Below are positions 12,452 through 25,377 of a stretch of DNA of 57,530 nt, piece by piece. Position numbers and translations under genes: made by a program. Source of the stretch: Batkoa obscura (Eukaryota). The stretch lies in the NCBI GenBank assembly GCA_030770535.1, contig JASVEC010000102.1, positions 1 to 57,530 of the forward strand. The letters run 5' to 3'. A model generated the notes under the pieces. It had not been told where the DNA came from. It ran no database searches and saw only the letters and a list, made by a program, of their open reading frames with translations. The stretch's first letter is position 1. Each line of letters begins with the position of its first letter.

Positions 12452-12524
12452 TGCCTTCTATCGGAATCGAACCAATGACCTTCCGCTTACTAGGCGGACG
12501 CTCTGCCAACTGAGCCAAGAAGGC
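12452..12524 (-). tRNA. tRNA-Thr(AGT)
   Basis: GCCTTCT/AGAAGGC acceptor stem, TCCGC-CTAGTAA-GCGGA anticodon arm, GGTTCGATTCC T arm. Confidence 0.95.
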
Positions 12525-12661
12525 TTAGTATATGTGATTTTTTTATAATAATAGCTTCTTCTATTTTCTACTAGTAACTTTCTTATTAAATCGACTTTAT
12601 ACAGTTTAAATGGAATGCTTAACCTATTTTGTAATGCCACCTTTTAGTTTGAACTTGATAT

Positions 12662-12760
12662 GGGAATGTTTTTTTTGGTTTTATTACTCTTTCCATTTTT
12701 TAAGCGCTATTTGAGTGGAAAATTTGTTAGTAAAATTCTTAAACACAAAAATACATCCCC
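12662..12760. mobile_element. MITE
   Basis: TSD ATAT/ATAT. Confidence 0.9.
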
Positions 12761-12932
12761 ATATTCTTTAGCTTTTTTAGTATTAAGCACTTTAGATTTT
12801 TACTTTTTGATGGTTTTTTATTAATAAAAATTATTTAATTCTCTAAACTTTTTTACTTTCCCTTATATTGTTACTATTTTTAATTATATAATAATGAATT
12901 GTTTTTAATTAAGCTTTATTTATTCGTTATAT

Positions 12933-13460
12933 GGGGATGTCCAAGTTAGTTTCAGAATTTATTAAAAAACTAATTTAAATTTCGTTTTTAAATTTATAGT
13001 TTTTAATATATGATTAGTTTAAACATAAAGATTTAGTCTTAAACTTTTTAAATAAATTTATAAGCCTTATTTTAATGTTTTCACTAAATCTTTAATAAAT
13101 ATACAGGTATTTGACTTTTTTTGTTGAAATAAAAATAAAATCCAAGTTTATATAACTAAACTTTAAAATGGAATTTTCAAAAAAATTAATATAATAGGGA
13201 GAATTACATTATAGTTCATTTACATTAATTTTAATAATAATAAACTTAATCAAGCAATATATAAAATTAATGCTTTAAAGGAAACAGGAAGCCAACAAGT
13301 AGCATTGTTATTAACTATAGCTTCGGTATATTTTTTAATAAATATGAAAGTTTTGAGTTTAATATAAATGTAAACCAATATGATTATTCAAAAACAATTG
13401 ATAATAATAAAATGTCGGTACTATAATCTATCATTAAAAGTACAAAAACCATTGACCAAA
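12933..13460 (+). mobile_element. Old diverged 5' fragment of the Sola2-like transposon
   Basis: ATAT-GGGGATGTCCAAGTTAGTTTCAGAATT terminus, then degenerate match to the transposase N-terminus (GGAAACAGGA...CAACAAGTAGCATTGTTA). Confidence 0.75.
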
Positions 13461-13482
13461 AAAGACATCACTGTGTGTGTGA

Positions 13483-13555
13483 TGATCCCGCCAGGGATCG
13501 AACCTGGAATCTTCTGTTCCGTAGACAGACGCCTTATCCATTGGGCCACGGGACC
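13483..13555 (-). tRNA. tRNA-Arg(ACG)
   Basis: GGTCCCG/CGGGATC acceptor stem, TCTGT-CTACGGA-ACAGA anticodon arm, GGTTCGATCCC T arm. Confidence 0.95.
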
Positions 13556-13971
13556 ATTTTTAGTTTTCTATTTAAACATAAATATATATAGCCAAGTAAC
13601 GTCTTGAAAAATCTATTACTCTAATGTTGATATAACAAACCTGAGTAAAAAAGGTAATTTTTTTGTAGTTAAGATTATGAATTTAAAAATGACCTCATTG
13701 GTTCTAATTGATCCAGGGGAAATTTATTATATTAAATTCAACTATTTTTTAAAAGCTCTGCTAAATTATTTCAAGTTAATAGATTAAGTTTTTCAAATAT
13801 TTAAACTCAGATTTAATTTTTAGATAGTTTTTGACAAATATTATTAATAAAATTAAGTATCAATGTTTTATTTAGTATTACATCCACAGAATAAATTAAA
13901 CTAAGTTAAAAAGCAAAGATATAAAAATAAGCAAATAAATAAATTAAAAATCAGATTAAATTTAAATATTT

Positions 13972-14060
13972 GGGAATGTATTTTTGTGTCTAACAATTTT
14001 TCCGCTCAAATAGCGCTTAAAAAAATGGAAAAAGTGATGAAAGTCAAAAAAATCACCTCT
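13972..14060. mobile_element. MITE
   Basis: TSD ATTT/ATTT. Confidence 0.8.
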
Positions 14061-14222
14061 ATTTAATAATTTAAAATACAAAGCATTTAAAATAGTGTTT
14101 TGTAGTATAATTTTTATAGCTTTTTATTTAGCTAAATTAGCCTTACAAAAAGCTAATTTAATATTTACAATCAACTTATTTATACTATAGTTTTTTCTTA
14201 GAATATATTAGTTTCATTATTT

Positions 14223-14786
14223 GGGACTGTCCTAATTGGTTTCAAAATTTACTTAGAAATTAATCTAAATTTAAAATTTTAAGTTTGTGTTCAACATAAC
14301 GGTTAAATCTAAAAAGCCTAAAGTCAAATCTCTCTATTTAAAACTTATCTTAATTGTTTCCTTTTCTTAGATAGCTAATTTTCCTAGTTATATAGGTACA
14401 CTTATTTGACTTTATTTTTTGTTGGAATAAAAATAAAATGCAAACTTTCATAGTTAAACTTCGAAATGAATTTTTGAAAACTTCAATACAATAGGGAGGA
14501 GTACACAATATAAACATTGTAATTCATTTACATCAATTTTAAGAGCTACTTATAACAACCCAAGGTTTATGGAATTTTATAATAAAACAAAACAAAGAAA
14601 AGATATATTATCAAAGTTTACTATCGATAATAATAAACCTAATCAAGTAATGTATAAAATTAGTGCTTTGAGGGAAACAGGAAATAAAATCAACAAGTAG
14701 CGTTATTATCAACTATAGCTTCAATATACTCTTTTGATGAATGTAAGAGTTTTGGGTTTAATATAAATATTCATCAGATAATATAT
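14223..14786 (+). mobile_element. 5' half of an older internally deleted Sola2-like copy, interrupted by copy 1
   Basis: GGGACTGTCCTAATTGGTTTC 5' TIR; empty MITE site AAAAGATATATTATC; ~190 bp deletion at TAAATA microhomology near 14765. Confidence 0.85.
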
Positions 14787-17293
14787 GGGGTTGTCTGAAT
14801 TAGTTTAGTTTCATTATTTTATCCAATTTTTGAAAAATTTTGTATTTTAAAAACTTCGCTTAAAATTCTATAAAATCACATCTTTTATTAAAACAAAAGT
14901 ACCCAAACACAATTCTAAATCATTCTATTATAGCTCATAATGTAAGTTAGTTGAATTTCTACTAGATCTTAAATACATGTTCTTATAAAGCTTAATTGAG
15001 AAATATTTATCATCAACTGCTTTATAACCAACATTGTAGATTTATTATCAAATAAATAAACTATTTTAATGTTATAATTACATTATTAATATATTGCCAA
15101 GTTAATAAATAGCTGTATGGGAGGGAGTGGTTAGCCCCAAAACTATAATTAACCATCCCTATATAGTACAAGTAATAATAGTTTTTACATATTATTACAG
15201 TTACTTGTTCTTTGACTATTTATTAACTCAGCTATTAATAGCTTAAGTAATCTTGACATTTAACAATCTATTTCTATCATTCAACAAACTACTTACTTGC
15301 TTAGTAAATATCGAAAATTTTAAATTCTCTGTTATTTTCGTAAGGTAAGCTGGGATCGATCTTTTGATTTTTCTGTTTTCTATAGACTCTATAACTTTAA
15401 TTGGGACTATATCGCTTTTTTTTGATGTATCAGATACTGGATAACAATGTAGTTTATTGTTATATTTAATAAAATGTAAATGCTTCTTAATGCCCTGCAT
15501 CTCTATTATTATTTTTGTATTTTTGTTTCTTTCATACTACTTTTTAAAAATTATATCTGTTTTCCCATTATTAATAGTCGAGTTATTAATTTTATTATGC
15601 TCGCAAATAAAAGCCTCAAATCTTTAAATTAATTGATCGATATCTTCTATTTTACCTAACGCTTCAAAACTACTTTTCCATTTTGAAAGGTTTCCAAAAT
15701 GTCCATTAACTATACTTTTTCCATGATGCTCAGCAAAAAAATTAAGATTGACATTCAAACTACTATTTATTTTATGAATTTCTTTAAACATATAGTGTAG
15801 AAACTCTTGGGATCTAAAATGATTTCCTGTATCTGCCCATATATTAATATTTTTGTAAACTTTTTAAATAGAAGCTCTGTAGAGATCAAATTGATTAAAC
15901 AATCTCCTGCATATGCTGAATCATGATTCAATATTTCAGATAAATAATCAAAGTAAACTTTGCCTATTGTTTTATCATCTTTTAAATATAAAACACCAAA
16001 ACCTAATACCTAATACTGATATAGCTTGTTTATTACAATGATCTAGATTTATTGAATCTGGTCTTGTCCCTATTTCCATATTTTGTTTAAAATCTAAAAT
16101 TATTATACAACTTTTGTTATTTAATTTTTTAACAGTTTCATTAAATGTGTTTTTTTGAGTATCAACACAGAATTTATGTAATTTGTATAATTTTTCTTCG
16201 TTGAAAATTTCGTCTATTCTCTGCTTTGTTTTTTATTGCTGTATTTATTTTATTTTCAAATAACTTTTTTCTAACTTGTATACTAAGCACATATATTATA
16301 TAGATCTGTTCTTCTTGCTGGATTTTTTGAAATTACTTAGTATATATTTAAAGAACGTTGACCTAGCTACTGCTTTATCTCTTAGATCATTGAAATATTT
16401 ACTATATATCATTCTTCTACTTTTATTTAATATATATATTATTTGATGAATATTTACTATCATTATTTTTTTTTATTAAATCTTGATGAAATAGTTGAAT
16501 CATTTAGTAAATATTGTATAATAGTTTCATTTGGTCATCTTTAATTTTTTTTGTATTTTTAATAATAGGTTTTAATGTTGATATTTTATTATTATTACTT
16601 GTTTTTGAATAATCATATTGATTTCTATTTATATTGAACCCAAAACTCTTACATTCATCAAAAGAATATACTGAAGCTATAGTTGATAATAACGCTACTT
16701 GCTGACTTTTGTTTCCTGTTTCCCTTAAAGCACTAATTTTATACATTACTTGATTAAGTTTATTATTATCGATAGTAAACTTTGATAATATATGGGGCTG
16801 TTTTTTTTAGTTTCATTATTCTTCCATTTTTTAAGCGCTATTTGAGTGGAAAGATTGTAGTAAAATTCTTAAATACAAAAATACATCCCCATATCTTTTC
16901 TTTGTTTTGTTTTGTTATAAAATTCCATAAACCTTGGGTTGTTATAAGTAGCTCTTAAAATTGATGTAAATGAATTACAATGTTTATATTGTGTACTCCT
17001 CCCTATTGTATTGAAGTTTTCAAAAATTCATTTCGAAGTTTAACTATGAAAGTTTGCATTTTATTTTTATTTCTATTTCTATTTCTATTTCAATAAAAAA
17101 TAAAGTCAAATAAATGTATTTATATAACTAGGAAGATTAGCTATTTAAGAAAAGGAAACAATTAAAATAAGTTTTTAAATAGATACATTTATTTTTGGGC
17201 TTTTTAGATTTAACCGTTATATTGGATACAAACTTGAACTTTAAAATTTGGATTAATTTCTAAGTAAATTCTGAAACCAATTAGGACAGCCCC
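14787..17293 (-). mobile_element. Sola2-like DNA transposon copy 1 (~2.5 kb, pseudogenised transposase, MITE at 16794-16890)
   Basis: Imperfect TIRs GGGGCTGTCCTAATTGGTTT / GGGGTTGTCTGAATTAGTTT; transposase fragments ILDFKQN, WADTGNHFRS, FFAEHHGKSIVNGHFG; flanks ATAT / AGAT. Confidence 0.9.
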
Positions 17294-17427
17294 AGATTCT
17301 ATAATTTTAATTGAAATATATCACTTTATTTTAACCTATCAGATATTGAATAATAATGTAGTATACTAGTATATTTAATAAAGTATAAATGCCTTTTAAT
17401 ACTCTGACTCTGTATTTTCGTCGTTTT

Positions 17428-17720
17428 TGAATAATCATTGATTTCTATTTACATTAAATCCAAAACTTTTATATTCATCAAAAGAATATGGGAGTATTTT
17501 TTTTGGCTTTATCACTTTTTCCATCTTTTAAGCGCTATCTATTTGAGCGAAAAATTTGTAGTAAAATTCTTAAACACAGAAATATAGCCGCCCCATATGC
17601 TGAAGCTATAGTTAATATAACAATAATCCTCCACTTATCGCTTTTTATTTCCTGTTTCTCTCTTAAAGCACTAATTTTATACATTGCTTGATTAAGTTTA
17701 TTATTGTCATAGTAAATTTT
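17428..17720 (-). mobile_element. Diverged internal transposase fragment carrying a MITE (17490-17594, ATAT TSD)
   Basis: Matches 16608-16785; the MITE interrupts AAGAATAT|ACTGAAG. Confidence 0.75.
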
Positions 17721-18029
17721 AAATAATCTTTTTTTGACGATAATCAGTTTTTATAAAAAAACAAACATTGCTCTATTGATATACACAACTACATAGACCT
17801 GTCACCCCTCAGTTCAGTTACTTTCAACTTTAATTTATTATTTATGATAATATTCGTGTATGTGCTTTGAAAATTTATTTATGCAAACTAAAGTTTAAAA
17901 TCCATTATAGTAAACTTGTTTAAAAATAATTGGGAAAACAAACATTGTATTAAGTACTTTAGTTATTAATATTATAATCTCAAAATAATTAGAAAAAAGA
18001 GCTTACTTATTAAAAATAAGTAGTTTAAT

Positions 18030-18102
18030 TGATCCCGCCAGGGATCGAACCTGGAATCTTCTGTTCCGTAGACAGACGCCTTATCCATTGGGCCACGGGA
18101 CC
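18030..18102 (-). tRNA. tRNA-Arg(ACG), identical second copy
   Basis: Same sequence as 13483-13555. Confidence 0.95.
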
Positions 18103-18163
18103 ATTTTAAATTTTTATTTCAAAAAAAATATATAACTAACTACGAGCAAAATATTTTACAAAT

Positions 18164-18781
18164 GGGGATGTATTTTTGTATTTAAGAATTTTACTGACAA
18201 TTTTTCCACTTAAATAGCGCTTAAAAAATGGAAAAATAATGAAACTAAAAAAAACAGCCCCAAATTTTATCATTCCTGAATCTCTCCCATTAGGGGATGT
18301 ATCTTCGTTTAAGAGTTTTACTAACAATCTTTCCACTCAAATAGTGCTTAAAAAATGGAAAAGTAATGAAATCGAAAAAAACATCCCCATTAAAATAGAT
18401 TTAATAAATAGGGATGTGTTTTTTCGTTTTAAGAATTTTGCTAACAATCTTTCCACTTAAAACTCAAATAGCGCTTAAAAAATGGAAAAGTGATGAAGAC
18501 AAAAAAACATCCCCAAATATTATACTTAAAAATCAAGTCCCCCACCTGGGCTAATTTCAAGTAACTAAAACTAGGTCGAATAGTGATAATTTCGATTTTG
18601 GTTTTTTATACTATATTCAATAATATCTTATATGCGTATTAGCTTCAAATTAGTTGATTTTTAAAATTTTAAGCTAACATATGGGGAATGTTTTTTTGAT
18701 TCCAACTACTTTTCCATTTTTAAGTGGCTATTTGAGTGGAAAAATTCTTAGTAAAATTCTTAAACGAAAAAATACATCTCC
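18164..18781. mobile_element. Cluster of four MITEs (18164-18261, 18293-18388, 18410-18514, 18683-18781) upstream of tRNA-Arg
   Basis: Each has its own TSD: AAAT, ATTA, AAAT, ATAT. Confidence 0.9.
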
Positions 18782-19328
18782 ATATTATTTAAAATAATAT
18801 AAAAGTTTTAGGAAATTAATTATAGCAACTAATTTAGCTTTTTAGTATGTATTTTTAACTTAAGGTTTTACTTGCTTTTTTGCCTTTTTTTAAAAAACTT
18901 AATATTCTACATTTTCGGGCTGGAAACTTTTAAGTAGTGTTTTAAAATAAACCCTATATAACCAGTTGGTTTTAGCTTTTTTTTAAATAATGGTTTAATT
19001 AAATAAAGATAGTATATAAAATTAAGCAATATAATTTTTTTTTTGTTTTTAAATACTAATATTAGTTATATTATCGTTAGTAACTAAAATTTTAGTATTA
19101 AAATTATTATTAATTGATAGCAGTTATTATACAAAAGTGTTTCATTTTTAAATAAAAAAGTATATTTTCATACTCTTATCGTTTATTACCGTTAAAAGTC
19201 TATTTAAAGCTATTTTATTTTTAAATTTATCTAAATTATTTGAAAAAGTCTTAAAATAAAGGATTTGGATTTGCAAAAATTAAAATAAAAAGTAATACTT
19301 ATAAACTATTTTAATCAATATGGTGGTG

Positions 19329-19794
19329 GTATTTTTGTGTTTAAGGGTTTTTAGTAGCAAATTTTCCGCTTAAATAGTACTTAAAAAGTAGAAAGTAGTG
19401 AAATTAAAAAAACCAATTATAACAATAATAAACTAAGTAAAATAATATTAGGACTGTTTTTTTGGTTTCATTACTTTTTCTATCTTTTAAGCAGTATTTG
19501 AATGGAAAATTTGTTACTAAAATCCTTAAATATAAAAATATATATCCTCATCAGTAAAATTATTTTAAGTTTAACATATGGGGGATGTGTTTTTTTAAGA
19601 ATTTTATTACAATCTTTCCACTCAAATACTGCTTAAAAGATAGAAAAAGTAATGAAACCAAAAAAACAGTCCTAATATTATTTTACTTAGTTTATTATTG
19701 TTATAATTGGTTTTTTTAATTTCACTACTTTCTACTTTTTAAGTACTATTTAAGCGGAAAATTTGCTACTAAAAACCCTTAAACACAAAAATAC
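19329..19794. repeat. 173 bp inverted repeat (19329-19501 / 19622-19794) made of a duplicated two-MITE composite
   Basis: Arms are reverse complements by eye, including the unique linker CCAATTATAACAATAATAAACTAAGTAAAATAATATT. Confidence 0.9.
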
Positions 19795-20057
19795 ATCATC
19801 CCCATATAAGAATTATTAATTTTTTTATTTTAATTTTTATTTAGCTATTAATATTAAATAAATACATTATTATACTTTAACTATTTTACATCCTCTTTCT
19901 TTTAACACTTTCTTAGTTTATTATTGTAATATCTTACTATATTATAACATTTGCTTATTAACTTTTAATCTAAATAGTTTAATATCTAAACTATCTGCTA
20001 TAAATAATATAAGCTTAATGGTATTTTACAACTTTATCACTTTGTTGTCTAATAAAT

Positions 20058-20153
20058 GGAGATGTGTTTTTGTGTTTAAAGATTTTACTAACAAATTTTT
20101 CGCTTAAATAGTGCTTAAAAAATGTAAAAAGTAATAAAGTTAAAAAAACTCCC
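20058..20153. mobile_element. MITE
   Basis: TSD AAAT/AAAT. Confidence 0.85.
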
Positions 20154-20280
20154 AAATCAAGGTTTATTAAAATTGAAAATCAGCTTGAAATTTTTTTAAA
20201 TATAATAAAAAATTTATAAGCTATTTATAGAACTAAAATTCTAGCTGTTATTGTATTTAGTTGAATCTAAATAAAAACAT

Positions 20281-20468
20281 GAGGCTGTCTGAATTAGTTT
20301 CATTACTTTATACAATTTTTAAATATTTTATATTTTAGAAATTTTGCTTAAAATTCTATAAGAACAAGTTTTTTATTAAAACAAAAGTACCCGAACCCAG
20401 TTCTGAATTATTCTATTATAGTCTATACTGTAAATTAGTTGAATTTCTACTAGAGCTTAAATACATAT
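20281..20468 (-). mobile_element. 3' end of the older deleted copy (partner of 14223-14786, now inverted)
   Basis: GAGGCTGTCTGAATTAGTTTCATT 3' TIR plus ~185 bp of diverged 3' subterminal sequence, ending at the ATAT next to copy 2. Confidence 0.8.
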
Positions 20469-23041
20469 GGGGCTGTCCTAATTGGTTTCAGAATCTACTT
20501 AGAAATTAATCCAAATTTAAAATTTCAAGTTTGTGTTCAATATAACGGTTAAATCCAAAAAGCCTAAAATTAAATCTCTCTATTTAAAACTTATTTTAAT
20601 TGTTTCCTTTTCTTAAATAGCTAATTTTCCTAACTATATATTTTATGTTAGTTTTGTTAGATATTTAACAGATATATAATATATAACTATATGATTATAT
20701 AATTATATAAATACATAATTATATAAACACAGTTATTTGACTTTATTTTTTATTGAAATAAAAATAAAATGCAAACTTTCATAACTAAACTTCGAAATGG
20801 AATTTTTGAAAACTTCAATACAATAGGGAGGAATACACAATATAAACATTGTAATTCATTTACATCAATTTTAAGAGCTACTTATAACAACCCAAGGTTT
20901 ATGGAATTTTATAACAAAACAAAACAAAGAAAAGATATGGGGATGTATTTTTGTATTTAAGAATTTTACTACAATCTTTCCACTCAAATAGCGCTTAAAA
21001 AATGGAAGAATAATGAAACTAAAAAAAACAGCCCCATATATTATCAAAGTTTACTATCGATAATAATAAACTTAATCAAGTAATGTATAAAATTAGTGCT
21101 TTAATGGAAACAGGAAACAAAAGTCAGCAAGTAGCGTTATTATCAACTATAGCTTCAGTATATTCTTTTGATGAATGTAAGAGTTTTGGGTTCAATATAA
21201 ATAGAAATCAATATGATTATTCAAAAACAAGTAATAATAATAAAATATCAACATTAAAACCTATTATTAAAAATACAAAAAAAATTAAAGATGACCAAAT
21301 GAAACTATTATACAATATTTACTAAATGATTCAACTATTTCATCAAGATTTAATAAAAAAAAATAATGATAGTAAATATTCATCAAATAATATATATATT
21401 AAATAAAAGTAGAAGAATGATATATAGTAAATATTTCAATGATCTAAGAGATAAAGCAGTAGCTAGGTCAACGTTCTTTAAATATATACTAAGTAATTTC
21501 AAAAAATCCAGCAAGAAGAACAGATCTATATAATATATGTGCTTAGTATACAAGTTAGAAAAAAGTTATTTGAAAATAAAATAAATACAGCAATAAAAAA
21601 CAAAGCAGAGAATAGACGAAATTTTCAACGAAGAAAAATTATACAAATTACATAAATTCTGTGTTGATACTCAAAAAACACATTTAATGAAACTGTTAAA
21701 AAATTAAATAACAAAAGTTGTATAATAATTTTAGATTTTAAACAAAATATGGAAATAGGGACAAGACCAGATTCAATAAATCTAGATCATTGTAATAAAC
21801 AAGCTATATCAGTATTAGGTATTAGGTTTTGGTGTTTTATATTTAAAAGATGATAAAACAATAGGCAAAGTTTACTTTGATTATTTATCTGAAATATTGA
21901 ATCATGATTCAGCATATGCAGGAGATTGTTTAATCAATTTGATCTCTACAGAGCTTCTATTTAAAAAGTTTACAAAAATATTAATATATGGGCAGATACA
22001 GGAAATCATTTTAGATCCCAAGAGTTTCTACACTATATGTTTAAAGAAATTCATAAAATAAATAGTAGTTTGAATGTCAATCTTAATTTTTTTGCTGAGC
22101 ATCATGGAAAAAGTATAGTTAATGGACATTTTGGAAACCTTTCAAAATGGAAAAGTAGTTTTGAAGCGTTAGGTAAAATAGAAGATATCGATCAATTAAT
22201 TTAAAGATTTGAGGCTTTTATTTGCGAGCATAATAAAATTAATAACTCGACTATTAATAATGGGAAAACAGATATAATTTTTAAAAAGTAGTATGAAAGA
22301 AACAAAAATACAAAAATAATAATAGAGATGCAGGGCATTAAGAAGCATTTACATTTTATTAAATATAACAATAAACTACATTGTTATCCAGTATCTGATA
22401 CATCAAAAAAAAGCGATATAGTCCCAATTAAAGTTATAGAGTCTATAGAAAACAGAAAAATCAAAAGATCGATCCCAGCTTACCTTACGAAAATAACAGA
22501 GAATTTAAAATTTTCGATATTTACTAAGCAAGTAAGTAGTTTGTTGAATGATAGAAATAGATTGTTAAATGTCAAGATTACTTAAGCTATTAATAGCTGA
22601 GTTAATAAATAGTCAAAGAACAAATAACTGTAATAATATGTAAAAACTATTATTACTTGTACTATATAGGGATGGTTAATTATAGTTTTGGGGTTAATCA
22701 CACCCTCCCATACAGCTATTTATTAACTTGGCAATATATTAGTAATGTAATTATAACATTAAAATAGTTTATTTATTTGATAATAAATCTGCAATGTTGG
22801 TTATAAAGCAGTTGATGATAAATATTTCTCAATTAAGCTTTATAAGAACATGTATTTAAGATCTAGTAGAAATTCAACTAACTTACATTATGAGCTATAA
22901 TAGAATGATCTAGAATTGTGTTTGGGTACTTTTGTTTTAATAAAAGATGTGATTTTATAGAATTTTAAGCGAAGTTTTTAAAATACAAAATTTTTCAAAA
23001 ATTGGATAAAATAATGAAACTAAACTAATTCAGACAACCCC
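20469..23041 (+). mobile_element. Sola2-like DNA transposon copy 2 (MITE at 20939-21035)
   Basis: Both TIRs intact; flanks ATAT / ATCT; putative catalytic codons D 21734, D 21995, third position N 22121. Confidence 0.9.
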
Positions 23042-25285
23042 ATCTATAAAAAATAGCTTAGAATTGGGTTTAACTCAAAGTTTGGATTACAAAAAACAAT
23101 TTTTAGCTCAAATTTTTAGAGGTGAAGGGATAGGATATATAAACTTAAAATAAACATTAAAAAGATTGAGTTACAAAAAATAAATGTGATTTGCACAAAA
23201 TAATTGTAATCATTTAAATTTTTATAGTACTAGTTTATTATACTTCCTTTGCAAAATAAAACGTGTCAATTTAAATAATTATCAGTAAAAGTCCAGACCA
23301 CTTTATTTTATAAAATGCTAAAAAAGAATAAATCTAATTCAAATACACAAGTAAAGCTAGATATAAAACCCACCAAGCTTTATAATGGGATAATCAAACA
23401 TGCTTAATTAACTTGGTAATGTTAATTAATGGTAGCAGAAATCAAAGGGGGTCCCCCCCTGTATGAAAATGTATGGAAGCATGGAACATGGAGCATGATT
23501 TGTACAATGTGTGCTAGCTAAGGTAATTTGACAAGGGCCAAGGACTTCTTGGACTTGGGTTTGAATACTTAGAAAATCAATCCTATTTTTGATAAAGTTT
23601 AGTTTTAATATTATTGTTAAACAAACACTTTTTTGTATTTAAATAGTATTAACTTTAGACACATTTAGCATTTAACTGCTGTTGAAACAAATCAAACTGC
23701 TTTTAAAGTTTTCAAAGATAAATTAAATTGACTACGGAAAAATAAATTATGTGACATAAAAAAAGTTCGTATCAACTCAATTAATTGTATTAGGAAAAAT
23801 TGCATTAGTATAATATTTAACATCAATATGTTAACGTTAGAACATCTCAAGATTAAACTATACAATAAAGTATAATTTAATAGGCTTATTTATTTAAAGT
23901 CCTAAGCTTAAATTAATTAACCAAAAGCTTTATTTTTATATCGTATAAATATATGCCTTTATAGTAAAGCAAGAGCCTATAACAAACAAGGGTGTTCTTT
24001 TAATTTCATCATCATCTTTTCCATTTTAGAGCGCTATTTGAGTGGAAAAACTGCTAGAAAATTCATACAAAAAAGCACATTTTTTATATAGCATCATTAA
24101 TAGCGGCGTTTTCTATCGATATTTCAATAATCTACTGATAGTTCATTATTTGCAAAGTGATTATTGATGGATGTACTATTTATTAATTTTAAGGTCTATA
24201 ATTTAATATGATTAAATTTAGGCTCTGGGGTTATGAACATCAACTATGGTGTTAAAAAGGCCATAACACATGTCTAAAATACCCTTTGAAAGATTTTTCA
24301 ATATTCTTCAATTTTAAAAAATATAAAGCAACATTATAGGATTACCAAAAGTAAAGGGTATTTTGTAATGATTTAATAGTTTTTAGCTGCTGCTACATAA
24401 ATATAACCTAACTTTATAAATTTTAATAATCACTAATCGCATAACACTAACCTAAGTGGTATTGAGAGGATGTAATATTAAAGTTATGTTCGTTAAATTT
24501 TATAAAGTTTCCATCATGTAATTAAAAAATAACTGTTTTTTAAATACTTTTATCTTAGTATGCAGAGGAGGGTCCTTCATTCAAAAATTAGAACTAATTT
24601 TTTTAATAGCCAGTGTAAAATAAGTATAAAAAAGCTTAAGGTCTGAAAATACACAATTGAAAGTTATTTGTCATCAAGAAGTTTTAGTTAACATTAGAAA
24701 AAGATAAAAGAATACTGGGAAAAAAACGATTTTCAAATTTATCGTTATGTTTATGTATCTTAATAATTAAATGTAAATGATTTTATTAGTAAAATAATTC
24801 TCAAAGAGCTTCTTCCGTGAGCCAATTTTGAAAAAAAATTATGAAAATTTGTAGCAAACCCTACAAAACCTCTAAAGTTTAGACCTACGAACATTATTTT
24901 TGATAGCGAGACAATTAAATACGTGTTTAATTTAAGTTTAAAATGCTGCTTTTAAAGGCTTTAAATTTAAGTGGTTTTTAAAAAACTTAAAAGGATACAT
25001 ACAGTTAGAGCAGAATTAAGTCTAGAGTTGAACTTATAAAAATCAAAAAACTGAAATTCAGAAGTTGATGTGATTCGCAATATATTTACAAATTTAAACA
25101 AAATAAGCCTTTTAACAATGGAATTTTATTCCCAAAAGCAGCTGGGGGGAACCTGAGATACTCTTTAGTTTGTTTACAGTCAGCTTATTTAATTATAATT
25201 GATCTCTTTAAAAATAAATAGATAAATTCAAAGAGATTATTTCAAATTTGTAAATCAATCGGTTTATTTCAAAATCACATTATTT

Positions 25286-25377
25286 GGGGATGTATTTTGT
25301 GTTTAACTAACAATTTTCCATTCAAATAGAAATACCGCTTAAAAAATAGAGAAAGTAATAAAAGTCAAAAACATTCC
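25286..25377. mobile_element. Degenerate MITE
   Basis: GGGGATGTATTTTGTG...AAAAACATTCC. Confidence 0.7.

Noticed and set aside
12458..13607. ORFs 12458-12640 and 13380-13607
   Set aside because: Overlap tRNA genes; spurious
17488..18460. ORFs 17488-17691, 18136-18336, 18239-18460 (also 34296-34637)
   Set aside because: Read-throughs of MITE sequence
18164..18514. Repeated ~97 bp units with short unique spacers resembling a CRISPR array
   Set aside because: Units are MITEs with TIRs and individual 4-bp TSDs; eukaryotic context and no cas genes
21300..22330. Programmed frameshifting, introns or an alternative code rescuing the transposase
   Set aside because: Other copies retain the ancestral frame at two sites; lesions include a 7-bp duplication and both TAA and TAG stops; host genes use the standard code
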